From a virus (lineage: Duplodnaviria > Caudoviricetes): a stretch of DNA of 53,891 nt. The notes below the pieces were generated by a model. It was not told the origin of the DNA, did no database searches, and was given only the letters and a program-made list of their open reading frames with translations. The stretch is from positions 1 through 53,891 of IMG/VR virus record IMGVR_UViG_3300001336_000022. One strand, given 5' to 3'. This document shows, one piece after another, positions 9,230-20,183 of the stretch. The position numbers were made by a program, and so were the translations under genes. Numbering within the stretch: position 1 is the first letter of the stretch; every line of letters begins with the position of its first letter.

Positions 9230-12200
9230 ATGCTGAACTTCAATACTAGCCCATATTACGACGACTACAACAGACCTGACCGCTACTACCGTATCCTATT
9301 CCGCCCCGGATTTGCGGTTCAGGCGCGGGAACTCACGCAGATCCAGAGTATCCTACAGAATCAGATCTCCCGTCTGGGCGACCATCTGTTTCAGGATGGT
9401 TCTGTTGTTTCAAATGGGCAGTTTACCAGCGTGGAGTGTTTTTTCGCTCGGGTAAATCCTACCATTGAAGTTGCGGATATTGGAAATAATGTTTGGTCAG
9501 AGGTGGCAAGTGGAACTGATACCACCGAAGCCCTTTCGAACATTCGAGATAATGAGTTTATTAGTGGGTCGGGTATTCGTGGTCGGGTTGTAGCATCCGA
9601 TGGTGCCTCCCTCTCTAGTGATAACTTTCATGCTATCGCTTTCAATTATCTAACCGATAACCGGGTCTCACCGGTATCGGGTGGCATTACTCTTGTTGTG
9701 GAAGTGGCAACACTGGGTCTCAAGTATCGCTTGACCGTGGCATCGTCTGGAACCGTAACCGGCAAGGCGTTTGTAATTACGAGCCAAGAGGGTATTTACT
9801 ACATTGATGGGTTTTTTGTTCTTGCGGACCCCCAAAGAATTCTTCTCTATGATGTCGTTTCGGGTGTCAGACAATTTGCTACCCCAACACGCCGTGTTGG
9901 GTTCACCGTCAGTGATGAAATCATCACGATCCTTGACGATGCTTCTTTGGGTGATCCCGCATTCGGAAGTCCAAACCAAAACGCCCCCGGAGCAGATCGT
10001 TTCCGCAAGACTCTGACGATCAGCCAGAAAGATCTTGCAGCAAGCACGGCGATCAGTGCAACAAACTCTCCTGACTTCATTGAGGTTCTTCGCTACGAAA
10101 ACGGTGTTGTCACAAAGAGAAACGAATTTCCTGCATATGCGGTTTTCGGTGAAACGCTCGCAAGAAGAACATTCGATGAATCTGGGAACTACACTGTTGA
10201 CCCGTTTGATATTCAGGTGCGTGAGCATACCGATGTCTTTGGTGTCGGCGGCAGTTCAGGGCAACTTGCGATTGGTCTTGAGCCGGGTAAAGCATATGTT
10301 CGCGGATATGAGTTTGAGAACATTGCAACCAAGTTTGTGACCATCGACAAGGCAAGAGACACGGACACTGCCAGTGGGGAAGAAACAAACTTCACCATGG
10401 GTCGATATGTCATTATAGGAGCAACAAGCGGGATTGCAAATGGAATTACCGGTGGGGCATCGGTCCTCAACACCGAAAATCACCCCCTTGTCTCCCTGCA
10501 AACCGTTGCGGGTGTGACCACTGCCACGGCGCGTTTCCGTCAGATTTCTTTCAATGCTGCCGATCAGTTCCGTGTATACCTTTACGATGTAAAGAATATT
10601 TCCGGGCAAACTTTCGGGGATTCGGCATGGGTTGTGGGTGCAGGTGGCACTATCGGTTGGATCAGCGAGACCGCTGGAAAGACCGCAAACCAGACCAACC
10701 TTTTCGAAAGTACTCGGGATAGTCTGATTGTTCCTCTCCCACGGGAAGAAGCAACAAAAACCGTCACTGGGTTGAATCATGAATATCAAATCAGCATTTC
10801 AGCGACCGGTATTGGTAACAATGTGACATTCCCTATTCCCGGATCTTCTGGAGACCCGGTAGAATTCAAGGGAACGCTGGGGACCGTCGATCCATCGTTG
10901 CTCGGTCGAGACTATTTCCTTATCAACGCATCGACCGGTGACTTCTTTGATGATTTCACTGGCATCACAGTCTCACTCAACAACTCTACCGAGTGTGAAG
11001 TTGAATTCTCAACCAGTGTCAATGGTAACGGGTTTGTTCTCATCGCTAACGCCGATGTCGATAACGACAAGATCACCGCACCATACTTTGCTTCGAAAAC
11101 TCTCGCAGCAATTACGAATGCTACGCTTGCGATTACCTATGCCGATGATATTGGTGCTACTGTCGCTCTCTTTGACCGACCAGATGTATACTCGGTCCAG
11201 TCTATCCTTGGAGATTCAACCGGTCAAGACTACACCAACCGATGGATTCTGGACGATGGTCAGAGAGATAACTTCTACGATCATTCCCGACTCATCCTGA
11301 AAGCCGGGGCGACCCTAGGTGCTGATACGAATGTCAGTGTCAACTGTCTTGCGTTCACCCGATCTGGGAATGGACCATTTACGGTCGATTCCTACCCGAT
11401 TGGAACATTGATTCAGGGTTCGACTTTTGGCTACGAAAATATCCCATCGTTCACAAGCGAGAAGACCGGGAAGACTTACTCACTCAGAGATGTCGTAGAC
11501 TTCCGACCGCAGAGACAAGCGGGTGGGACAACTTTTGTTGGTCAAATCCCAAACGCTGCGATCAGTATTGAAGCCGACTACGAACACTATCTCCCAAGAA
11601 TCGACAAGGTTGTTTTGGGGTCAGACCAACAGTTCAGAGTTGTGTCAGGTGTTCCATCGCTCAACCCACAAATCCCGAACGAGAATCCGGATGATATGGT
11701 TCTCTACATTCTTCGACTGGGATCTTACACCTTTGGCGTGGATGATGTTGAAGTTCGCTATGTGGATAACAAGCGATTCACAATGAGAGACCTCGGTCGC
11801 CTTGAAGATAGGGTAGACCAGTTGGAATTCTACAGTTCACTGTCATTCCTTGAACAGGAAGCAAACGGTAGAACATTCCTTGACAGTAATGGAGATGTAA
11901 TTCCGAAGACCGGAATTCTTGTAGACAATTTCAACGGTCACCAGATTGGCAATGTTACCAATCCGGACTACCTATGTTCTATGGACTTTGAGCAGGGTGA
12001 ACTTCGACCATCTTTTGTGAGTCGAAACATTCAGGTTGCTAAGAGAACGACAACCGACTCCACCATTGTTGGAATCACTGTTGCTGCGGAAAAGATTCTT
12101 GTCGGATCACCAAACACCAAAAACCAGTTGTTCATGCTTGCCCACACTTCTGAAAGAGTATTGGGTAACACCGCATACAACACAGAAATCTCTGTCAACC

Positions 12201-14281
12201 CAACGAACCGTGTGGATTGGCTCGGTCATCTCTATATCTCACCAGAATCAGACAACTGGTTCTCAAAGGATTCCCGCCCGGTTGTCAAGGTCAACAAGCA
12301 AGGTGCAAACGATGCTTACCTTTTCCGCCGTGGAGTAGGAGACGGTAAGTTTGGATTCGGTACTCAGTGGCTTGACTGGGAAACGAACTGGTTCGGTGTA
12401 CAAAAACTAAACAAGGAAATCAACCGAGAGTCTGAACTTCTCAAGACTCGCCGAGTGTTTGATGATACCTTTACACCCGAAAGTTCAGACGAAAACATTA
12501 GAGATGTTGATACGGATGCCATTACGGTTCAACAACTTGCCGGATTGAGTGTAAGTAGCCGTGGTCGTGGTGCTATCGCTCGCAAGGTTATTCCGGATAC
12601 AATCTTCAAAACGATCAATGATCGTATTGTCAACAGTGCAATCCAGCCGTTCTCACAGGATAAGAATGTTCGAGTCAAGGCAGTCGGTCTCAAACCAAAC
12701 ACCGATGTATTCCTGTTCGTCGATAGTGATCAGGGCGGTTCTTATGAAACTGGATCAGATGGTTCGGTAGAGTTTGAATTTTCAATGCCGACTGTTCGCA
12801 CCGGACCCCGAGTTGTAAGGCTTATTGACAGTCCGACCAATGATATCTCGGAAGCAAGCACGATTGCAGAAACTATCTTCCGAGCATCAGGTCTGTTTGA
12901 CACTTCTTCAACCAAGTCAACACGATCACCGATTGTCCGACGCGCATCCGTAAGTGATGATACAGTCCTCACAGACTACCTTTCTCGTAATACGGTTTCT
13001 GCGTCTGCTCCACGATCTATCACAGCATTGTCACAGCAATTCACGGTAGACCGGGTTCGATACCAGAACGGATTTTTCCTCAAGTCGGTTGATCTTTGGT
13101 TCTCCGAAGTACCGGCGGAAGAATCTTCCGCTGTCCCAGTTATCGTTGAAATCCGACCGATGCAAAGTGGATACCCACACCCAAGTCGAATCATCCCCGG
13201 TTCGGTTGCGGTCAAGGGTGGACCTAGTATTTCTACAAGCGGTTCAACGAACTTTGAATTTGAGTATCCTGTCTACCTTGAGCCGGGTGAATATGCGATT
13301 ACCGTCCGTGCAAACAGCAATGAGTATACACTGCGTGCTGGGAACATTGGTCTTCCTGCGGATAACGCATCTTCAACAACGAATCCAGAAAATGTATCCG
13401 CACAACCGTTTGTCGGTCCTTTGTTCCGCCCACAAAACGCGGGGATCATTGAATCTGATAAGACCACGGTCATTGCGTTCTCGTTGAACCGCTGCAAGTT
13501 CAACACTAGCGGTGGAACTTTGGTTGTAGGAAACGATCTTTCAGAAAGCAACTTCTCTTACGATCTGTTCCGTGTGAACGCATCATATCTTGATCCGTCA
13601 CAAACAGGATTGTCTTGGAACATTCGAACTGCAAACGATGGTTCTGGATCCCTCAACAGTAGCCGACGAATCGTTCCGAACGAAACCCTCGGACCGCCCG
13701 CAAGTCAGAACCGTCAAAACATTATCTCAGGTTCGGATACCCTTCAAATCAGCATCGCTCTTACCACGACCGACGATGCGATTAGTCCTATTGTCGATGG
13801 CGAGAGACTTTCTTTCCTCGCGATTCAGAATGACATTCGAACCACTTCGTCCGAAAACCCATCTCTGAGCGGGGAACTGTCTCCACAAATCTCGGATTCG
13901 ACTGCCTCCACTGCGGACATTTCGAAGTCTCGATATATCACTAAAACCATTGTGCTTGAAGATGGTATGGATTCGACCGATCTGCGTGTGTTCGCAAATA
14001 TCTGTCAACCGGGATCGAGTGTGGTCCAAGTCTACGCGAAGACTCTGCCGGTTGATGAAAGTGGGGAGTTTGACGAGCAAAACTGGGTACAATTGACACC
14101 ACAGACTGTCTTCAATTCGCTGAATAACACGGACTTCCGTGAAGTGGAGTTCAAGCCGACCACTGTAAACAAGGCGCTTCTCGGATCATTCCGAGTGTTT
14201 GCAATCAAAGTAGTTATGCATGTCAAGAATGGTCGAGACATTCCTAGAATCCGAGACCTGCGTGTGATTTCCCTAGCATGA
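9230..14281 (+). CDS. Large virion structural protein (DUF4815/VrlC-like)
   Basis: NFNTSPYYDDY...RILFRPGFAVQARELTQIQSILQNQ, APGADR, LARRTFDESGNY, YLPRIDK, KRFTMRDLG, KTGILVDNF, C-terminal PRIRDLRVISL; typical of environmental T4-like phages after gp8. Confidence 0.85.
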   Translation: MLNFNTSPYYDDYNRPDRYYRILFRPGFAVQARELTQIQSILQNQISRLGDHLFQDGSVVSNGQFTSVECFFARVNPTIEVADIGNNVWSEVASGTDTTEALSNIRDNEFISGSGIRGRVVASDGASLSSDNFHAIAFNYLTDNRVSPVSGGITLVVEVATLGLKYRLTVASSGTVTGKAFVITSQEGIYYIDGFFVLADPQRILLYDVVSGVRQFATPTRRVGFTVSDEIITILDDASLGDPAFGSPNQNAPGADRFRKTLTISQKDLAASTAISATNSPDFIEVLRYENGVVTKRNEFPAYAVFGETLARRTFDESGNYTVDPFDIQVREHTDVFGVGGSSGQLAIGLEPGKAYVRGYEFENIATKFVTIDKARDTDTASGEETNFTMGRYVIIGATSGIANGITGGASVLNTENHPLVSLQTVAGVTTATARFRQISFNAADQFRVYLYDVKNISGQTFGDSAWVVGAGGTIGWISETAGKTANQTNLFESTRDSLIVPLPREEATKTVTGLNHEYQISISATGIGNNVTFPIPGSSGDPVEFKGTLGTVDPSLLGRDYFLINASTGDFFDDFTGITVSLNNSTECEVEFSTSVNGNGFVLIANADVDNDKITAPYFASKTLAAITNATLAITYADDIGATVALFDRPDVYSVQSILGDSTGQDYTNRWILDDGQRDNFYDHSRLILKAGATLGADTNVSVNCLAFTRSGNGPFTVDSYPIGTLIQGSTFGYENIPSFTSEKTGKTYSLRDVVDFRPQRQAGGTTFVGQIPNAAISIEADYEHYLPRIDKVVLGSDQQFRVVSGVPSLNPQIPNENPDDMVLYILRLGSYTFGVDDVEVRYVDNKRFTMRDLGRLEDRVDQLEFYSSLSFLEQEANGRTFLDSNGDVIPKTGILVDNFNGHQIGNVTNPDYLCSMDFEQGELRPSFVSRNIQVAKRTTTDSTIVGITVAAEKILVGSPNTKNQLFMLAHTSERVLGNTAYNTEISVNPTNRVDWLGHLYISPESDNWFSKDSRPVVKVNKQGANDAYLFRRGVGDGKFGFGTQWLDWETNWFGVQKLNKEINRESELLKTRRVFDDTFTPESSDENIRDVDTDAITVQQLAGLSVSSRGRGAIARKVIPDTIFKTINDRIVNSAIQPFSQDKNVRVKAVGLKPNTDVFLFVDSDQGGSYETGSDGSVEFEFSMPTVRTGPRVVRLIDSPTNDISEASTIAETIFRASGLFDTSSTKSTRSPIVRRASVSDDTVLTDYLSRNTVSASAPRSITALSQQFTVDRVRYQNGFFLKSVDLWFSEVPAEESSAVPVIVEIRPMQSGYPHPSRIIPGSVAVKGGPSISTSGSTNFEFEYPVYLEPGEYAITVRANSNEYTLRAGNIGLPADNASSTTNPENVSAQPFVGPLFRPQNAGIIESDKTTVIAFSLNRCKFNTSGGTLVVGNDLSESNFSYDLFRVNASYLDPSQTGLSWNIRTANDGSGSLNSSRRIVPNETLGPPASQNRQNIISGSDTLQISIALTTTDDAISPIVDGERLSFLAIQNDIRTTSSENPSLSGELSPQISDSTASTADISKSRYITKTIVLEDGMDSTDLRVFANICQPGSSVVQVYAKTLPVDESGEFDEQNWVQLTPQTVFNSLNNTDFREVEFKPTTVNKALLGSFRVFAIKVVMHVKNGRDIPRIRDLRVISLA

Positions 14282-14460
14282 ACAGAGTAAAGACCGATCA
14301 TCCTAACTATGTCCGGGATCAAAGTTCCCAAGCGATTGTTCTCACCGACAAATCAGCGGTAGAAGCATATCGTCAAAAAAAGAAACTACATAACCAAGTA
14401 GAAACCCTCGAAGCGAGAGTTGCTGCCTTAGAGAAAATTGTCTTGGAGAACAGAACCTAA
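14278..14460 (+). CDS. Small conserved hypothetical protein (coiled-coil C-terminus)
   Basis: VKTDHPNYVRDQSSQAIV pattern; start/stop overlap with both neighbours. Confidence 0.7.
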   Translation: MNRVKTDHPNYVRDQSSQAIVLTDKSAVEAYRQKKKLHNQVETLEARVAALEKIVLENRT

Positions 14461-17141
14461 TGTCTATCTTCAATATTACACCCCTTTCACTCGATTCGAC
14501 CTTTGAGTTATTGTATGTCAAAAATAATGAGATCATCGACGCGATCAATCAGATTGCAGTTGTTGATGTTCAGGCGGGTGTAAGCCAAGGTCTTTACGAA
14601 TCCTTCCGTGGGGGTGGTGTTATCATCCTCGGTGTGTCTACCGGAACCGCAATCGGGTTCGAACCCGGTGGGGCATTGACGCTCCGAGATACCGGAGAGA
14701 CACCCAAATCAAGAACCTCGCAAAACGATAAGATCGTTGTTCTCAACGCTTCGGGGGATGCTGAGTTTGTCGATTCGACAAACATGCTTCCATCTGAAAT
14801 CAACAATGACATTGTGTTTACTGGTGACATATCGTTCTCCGGTGACCTTTCATTCCTGTCCAGTGGTGTATTGACCTTCGAAGCCGAAAGTGCATTCCGA
14901 GACAAGGTTCTCGAACTGGCTACTAAATTCCAAGACCGTTTGGAGTTTGCAACGGCTTCAAACCCCCTACCAACAGCGGGTATCACAGCATACCTCTATG
15001 ACAATGATAGTGTGTCCGCTTTCAATAACGCGGATCCCAACACTTACATTGGTGTGGGTAAAGTCCAGAGTGCCACAGACACAATCAACTCAAATTTCCA
15101 CATCACGGTTCAGAACTTTGTCTTTAGTGAAGATCAACAGTTCTTCCGAGAATTCACCAACCAAGGTGCCACAGTCGGTGGTCGATACTCGCTTCTAAAC
15201 ACTGCCGGTGGCACACTCGGTCGCGGGCTTATTTCTTATCTTGGTTTTGCCGCCACTGTTGGCGATCAAACACTTCCAATAGATGCCGACCGTGCAGGTC
15301 TTGCCGTCGTCACAAACGATACATTTGCATACTCTGGAGGGACAACCGGGCAGAAGTTGTTTATCTGGCGTTACAACGGATCATCTACTGCCTCAGCATG
15401 GACCAGTTCCGAGAGCATTGAAGCAAATTCAATTCGGTCGTTCATTGGATCGAACTTCTCAAGTCGAGATGATCGTGTTACATTCTTCCCGGACTTTGGC
15501 AATAATTTTACACTCAATCTTGGTGGAACTGTTGGTGCGGTAGACGGTCTGGGTCTACGATACTTTGGTGGGACCACAAACGCTCTGTCTCTCGGGGTTC
15601 TGGACTCTGGTGTGTTTACCAGCGCCTTGAAACTCCGGGACAATCTAACATTTGAGGCGGGCACAACCGGTGTTGCCCTGAACTTCAATGCGGATCTTCT
15701 TGACGGAGCGCAGGGTGCAACCCGTGGTGGAACCGCAAACACTGTTCCGATTACGGATCTTGACGGTAAGATTCACCCGTCTTTCATTGACGGTGCAGAA
15801 CAAGTCGATGAGATCATTACGCAGACAAGCCACGGTTTTTCTCGGGGTCATGTTGTGTATCAAGGATCAGACGGTCTCTACGCTCTTGCGTCCGCAAACG
15901 ATGCAAGCGACGACGCTGCGGAAGCCGTTGGTGTGGTTAGCCGAGTCATTGATGCGAACACCTTTGTCCTCACCTACTTTGGTATCGTGGCAATTGGTGG
16001 GTTTTCAATGGGTCTCGGTTGGACCACGAACGGGGTAACTTCCGGGCTTGCTGCCGGTGAAGTCTACTTCCTTGATATCAACGAAGCCGGGCATATCACA
16101 AGTGGTGACCCACAGTCGGTTGGAGAAGCGGGTCAACTTCGCAAGGTTGTGGCAATCGGTCTCTCAAACCAGCGCGCTCTCATCACACACTATGTTGGGA
16201 CTCCCGTCTTTGCTTTGAATCAAGACACGATCAATGCTGATTCACTTGTTCCTGTTGGATCGATCTTCAATGTCGGTCGAGAGAATTCACCCGGATCTGG
16301 TTGGCTCAAGTGTGATGGTAAAGCATATGCTGCGGCGGCGTATCCGGACCTTGCCGCTGAAATTCAAGGTCGCTTCTATCTTGAAGCGAATGCGATCAAT
16401 CAATCCACCCCCGCATTCATTATTCCCGGTGTAACAACCGGTGCAAACTCCGATGAACTTCGGGGGTTCACAGACGGCATGAAACTTCGACTTGAATACA
16501 CACAAACAAATGGGGCAACCAACTCCATCAACAGTAATGTCCAAAACGCTGTTATTGTTGATAGTGGGGTAAGAGTCAACCTTGTTCAGTCCGATGGTTC
16601 TGCGTATTCAGGAAACTTTGCGCCATCTCTCGATGTAAGCAAGATCATTGAAGTTTATGGTCGCTCTACGGGTGGCACGGGAACCTCAGCAATTATCGTC
16701 CCAGATCTTCGCGCGCGTGGTATCATCGGCACAGGCGATCCAGACGGTAACGGTCCAGAAAACAACATGCGTCCGGGTGAAATCACGAAACCCAGTGGTT
16801 TCGATGTTTCGAACCCAACAGACATCAAAACCAACACGATCTACCAAGCACCCGCGAACAAAGCGCGTCAGGTCAGTTTCTTCTCTGACTCGGCGGTTTC
16901 AAACCTCACCCTGTACATCACAAACGATGAACCGAACTTCACAACCGCAACATGGTCGATCGTTGCCATTCAAGGTACGGGTGGTACAGACCAACAGGCG
17001 CGTCTTTCTGTCACCGGTATCGTCCCATCGAATTACCATTGGATCATCCGTGAGAACACGAACCCAACCGCACCCGGTGCTGTCAATCCGGGATCACAAC
17101 CGGGTATCACCGGTTCGACCACTTTCATAGATTTCAACTAA
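14460..17141 (+). CDS. Tail fibre protein with tail-collar domain
   Basis: PVGSIF...GWLKCDGKAY...YPDL and VPDLRARGIIG collar motifs; FNADLLDG motif; Gly/Thr-rich. Confidence 0.75.
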   Translation: MSIFNITPLSLDSTFELLYVKNNEIIDAINQIAVVDVQAGVSQGLYESFRGGGVIILGVSTGTAIGFEPGGALTLRDTGETPKSRTSQNDKIVVLNASGDAEFVDSTNMLPSEINNDIVFTGDISFSGDLSFLSSGVLTFEAESAFRDKVLELATKFQDRLEFATASNPLPTAGITAYLYDNDSVSAFNNADPNTYIGVGKVQSATDTINSNFHITVQNFVFSEDQQFFREFTNQGATVGGRYSLLNTAGGTLGRGLISYLGFAATVGDQTLPIDADRAGLAVVTNDTFAYSGGTTGQKLFIWRYNGSSTASAWTSSESIEANSIRSFIGSNFSSRDDRVTFFPDFGNNFTLNLGGTVGAVDGLGLRYFGGTTNALSLGVLDSGVFTSALKLRDNLTFEAGTTGVALNFNADLLDGAQGATRGGTANTVPITDLDGKIHPSFIDGAEQVDEIITQTSHGFSRGHVVYQGSDGLYALASANDASDDAAEAVGVVSRVIDANTFVLTYFGIVAIGGFSMGLGWTTNGVTSGLAAGEVYFLDINEAGHITSGDPQSVGEAGQLRKVVAIGLSNQRALITHYVGTPVFALNQDTINADSLVPVGSIFNVGRENSPGSGWLKCDGKAYAAAAYPDLAAEIQGRFYLEANAINQSTPAFIIPGVTTGANSDELRGFTDGMKLRLEYTQTNGATNSINSNVQNAVIVDSGVRVNLVQSDGSAYSGNFAPSLDVSKIIEVYGRSTGGTGTSAIIVPDLRARGIIGTGDPDGNGPENNMRPGEITKPSGFDVSNPTDIKTNTIYQAPANKARQVSFFSDSAVSNLTLYITNDEPNFTTATWSIVAIQGTGGTDQQARLSVTGIVPSNYHWIIRENTNPTAPGAVNPGSQPGITGSTTFIDFN

Positions 17142-17149
17142 AGTGAACC

Positions 17150-18562
17150 ATGAGCGATAAATCCCCCCAAAAATTCATTGCGGCAACACCGTTTATCAAG
17201 GCAGTTCGAACCACGGAGGCATTGATTCCGGAGGGTCATGTTCACGATGACCGATATGTTCGATACGATGACGCACAGTCCCTTGCCTCGGGGGAAGTTG
17301 ATCAGTTTCTAAGAAATATCAATAGTCCCCCAAATGCCGATGGTGTAATTCTTCGTTTGGACACTGGGCAAACCCTTACGATTACAAGTAAGACACAGGG
17401 TCGAACGAACATTGGTATCATCGACGACCTAAACATTACAACCCCCGAAGGGAATATCAACCTTTCGGCTCTTGTGACCAACGCGGGTGACCTTGTTGGG
17501 TCGGTTGTTCGATACGATCAGGCGCAAACTCTCTCAAGCGATCAAGCGGCGCAGTTTGCATCAAACGCCAAAGTTATCACTTCGTCTCCGGGTGTCTCCA
17601 CACAGACAATCAGCACCGCTCTGAATATCAACGGTTCAGAACTGAACTTACCAAACGGACCTGTTTTGAGTAAGGGGGGTTCTTTTACGGGTACTTTGAA
17701 CACCAGTAGCATCGCTGCCACGGTAAAAATTGCGGACCCTTTGAATGAAAACTTGAGATCCGCCATTCGTGTTACAGTCGGCGATACTACAAATGCCGAT
17801 GCGATGCATGCTGGTGGTGCATCAATTACGAATGTCAAAACTCCAACAGAGTTGCAGACCAACCATGCTGCTACGGTCGAGTTTGTGACAAACCAGATTA
17901 TCGGTTTGGACCTTGCAGGTAACTACCTAACCCTCAACGGCACAAATCAAATGGCGGGCAATATTACCTTTGCCCCCAACTCTGCCAATCATACGGTAAA
18001 GAATCTTGGAAGACCCTCAACGATTCAAGATGCACAAAGAGCGGGAACCGCGATCACCTATATTGGATCGGAGGGTGAAAGTAGTATCTTGTCGGCAGGC
18101 GATCTTACTGCCGAACCCGGTTCATTGAGTGTTACCCCCGCATCGAACCAGACACATTTTGTGAACTTTGGATCGTGGAACGGGGGGGATGTTGACCCTA
18201 GCGATCCGACCCGTAGCCGGGGAATGATCGTCCGGGAAGATCTTCAATCTGGTCTGTATCGTGTTATGGTTCAGGTTTCAAGTAATGCCGTCAATGTCAA
18301 TTTGGCAGTCGGTGGTAGTTTTGCAACCGGATCGACGACTAATTTGAACACAAACTATGAGCAGACTCTAACTCAGGAAGCCGGTGAAACCAAACTAGCA
18401 TCCTTTGAGTTCTATGTTCCAATCACAGACGGTGTTCTCAATATACATAAAGCCGTGGGTGTCAACACCATTCAAAGAGTTGTTGCAACCCGAATTAGTG
18501 AAACAACAAACACAGCCATTTACAGAGGCAACACACTCATTTCGGGTGTTACACCAGTATAA
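17150..18562 (+). CDS. Tail fibre-like structural protein
   Basis: HVHDDRY, three VRYDxAQxL-like repeats, ITNVKTP...HAATVEFV and YLTLNG..MAGNI fibre motifs. Confidence 0.65.
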   Translation: MSDKSPQKFIAATPFIKAVRTTEALIPEGHVHDDRYVRYDDAQSLASGEVDQFLRNINSPPNADGVILRLDTGQTLTITSKTQGRTNIGIIDDLNITTPEGNINLSALVTNAGDLVGSVVRYDQAQTLSSDQAAQFASNAKVITSSPGVSTQTISTALNINGSELNLPNGPVLSKGGSFTGTLNTSSIAATVKIADPLNENLRSAIRVTVGDTTNADAMHAGGASITNVKTPTELQTNHAATVEFVTNQIIGLDLAGNYLTLNGTNQMAGNITFAPNSANHTVKNLGRPSTIQDAQRAGTAITYIGSEGESSILSAGDLTAEPGSLSVTPASNQTHFVNFGSWNGGDVDPSDPTRSRGMIVREDLQSGLYRVMVQVSSNAVNVNLAVGGSFATGSTTNLNTNYEQTLTQEAGETKLASFEFYVPITDGVLNIHKAVGVNTIQRVVATRISETTNTAIYRGNTLISGVTPV

Positions 18563-18576
18563 GATAGGAGTTAGAT

Positions 18577-18762
18577 ATGCCTAGTTGGATCATTTGGACC
18601 CTCATCGGTCTCACCACCGGTCTTGTTTTCATGGCAATCTTCGCCCCAAAGAATGAAGGTTTCATTACCAAGTTCAACATTTGGGCAAGAAAGTTTTGGG
18701 CGTGGACCGTTCTGAACACCAAGAAACTTTGGAACAAAATCTTCCGCCGAAACAAGGGATAA
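18577..18762 (+). CDS. Small membrane protein (N-terminal TM helix, basic C-tail)
   Basis: AGGAG RBS upstream; WIIWTLIGLTTGLVFMAIF followed by a Lys/Trp-rich amphipathic tail. Confidence 0.65.
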   Translation: MPSWIIWTLIGLTTGLVFMAIFAPKNEGFITKFNIWARKFWAWTVLNTKKLWNKIFRRNKG

Positions 18763-18768
18763 TCCCAT

Positions 18769-20183
18769 ATGGGCAAGAGTACCCCGTCAGTATCTTTAAC
18801 AACTTCGTCAGCGGTTTCATCAACCGATGTAAGTAGTACTGCACTTACAAGCAGCACCAGCACGATTGCTACGGTTACGCAAAACAGTCACGGTTTTTTC
18901 GTTGGTGATGTTGTTCGATTCAATGGAACAAACTGGGTCAAGGCTCAAGCGAACACCTTTGCAAATGCGGGGGTTTCGGTCAATGTTGTTTCGTCGGTTA
19001 TCAGTGCAAACCGCTTTCAGGCTGTCACTGAGGGTAAGATTACCGGGCTGTCCGGGTTGACTCCCGGTGCAGTCTACTATCTGTCTCCCATCACAGCGGG
19101 TGTCGTGACAGTAACCAGACCAAACACCGCAGGACAATTCATCAAACCTGTTTATCAGGCTTTGAGTGCCACTTCGGCGATTGTGGTTTCGCAAACCCCC
19201 CTTGAGGTAGACAGTGGTACTTTTCAACCCGTCACAATCCCAGACAGTGTTTCTCCGGTTGGTCAAGTCATTGCTTACAGTGGTAGTGTTGCCCCGAACA
19301 ATTGGATGATGTGTAACGGGAACGCAATTTCTATCGCATCATACGGAGATTTGTTCAACGCTATTGGAAGAACCCAAAAAGCGTTTGGAACAGTCACCAC
19401 CAGCGGTGGTGGGTATCCGGTTACTGTCACCATTCCGGACGGGACCAAGAATCTTACGGACGGCGACGATGTAACACTCAACTTTGGTTCGAACGCGATT
19501 TTGAATCTTGAAGTCCAGAGCATCCAGTCTGGAAATCAAATCACGATTCAAAATAACGGCGGTACAGTTGCGGTCCCCCCACTCGACTCTGTTGTTGAGA
19601 TTGGGTTTGGATCAAGTTCGGCGAAGTTTTTCCAGACCGTGCAATTGGTGAACAAGGTGGTGAAGAAACCCACCTGCTCACCCAAGCAGAGATTCCATCC
19701 CATAGTCATACAGTTCTTGCTAGTGCTACTTCGGCAAATTTGCAACTTGGTCGCACGGCGTTCAATATCAATAGCGGATCGGTCGAAACAGATAATACGG
19801 GTGGCAGTGAAGTTCACAACAACATGCAACCGTATAGTACTCTGAACTTCATCATTCGTCACACTGCCGAAGCAAGTTCAGCATTCTTGGGACCGACCGG
19901 AGCAACCGGTCCGATGGGTCCAACCGGAAATACGGGACCAGCAGGACCAGTGGGTGTGACAGGTGCAGATGGTCCACAGGGACCAACTGGTGTTATCGGT
20001 CCACAAGGACCAACAGGAAACACTGGTGCAACCGGTCCGATGGGTCCAACTGGAAATACTGGCTTGGAAGGTCCAGCAGGGGCAACCGGAGCAAGTGGAC
20101 CGACCGGGGCAACTGGTCTAGTGGGTGGAATCTTTATCACTTCACTGACTCTCGCCGGTGTTACGAGGGGAGTAGGAATCTAA
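18769..20183 (+). CDS. Tail fibre with collar domain and collagen repeats, interrupted by a frameshift/deletion at ~19632 (spans ORFs 18769..19845 and 19740..20183)
   Basis: The collar first half [29 protein letters not shown] is in frame 1. From 19632 the -1 frame reads [26 protein letters not shown]...[19 protein letters not shown], then GPT/GAT collagen. Confidence 0.75.

Noticed and set aside
1-20183. Diversity-generating retroelement or invertible fibre cassette
   Set aside because: No reverse transcriptase, recombinase, TR/VR pair or flanking inverted repeats were seen by eye.
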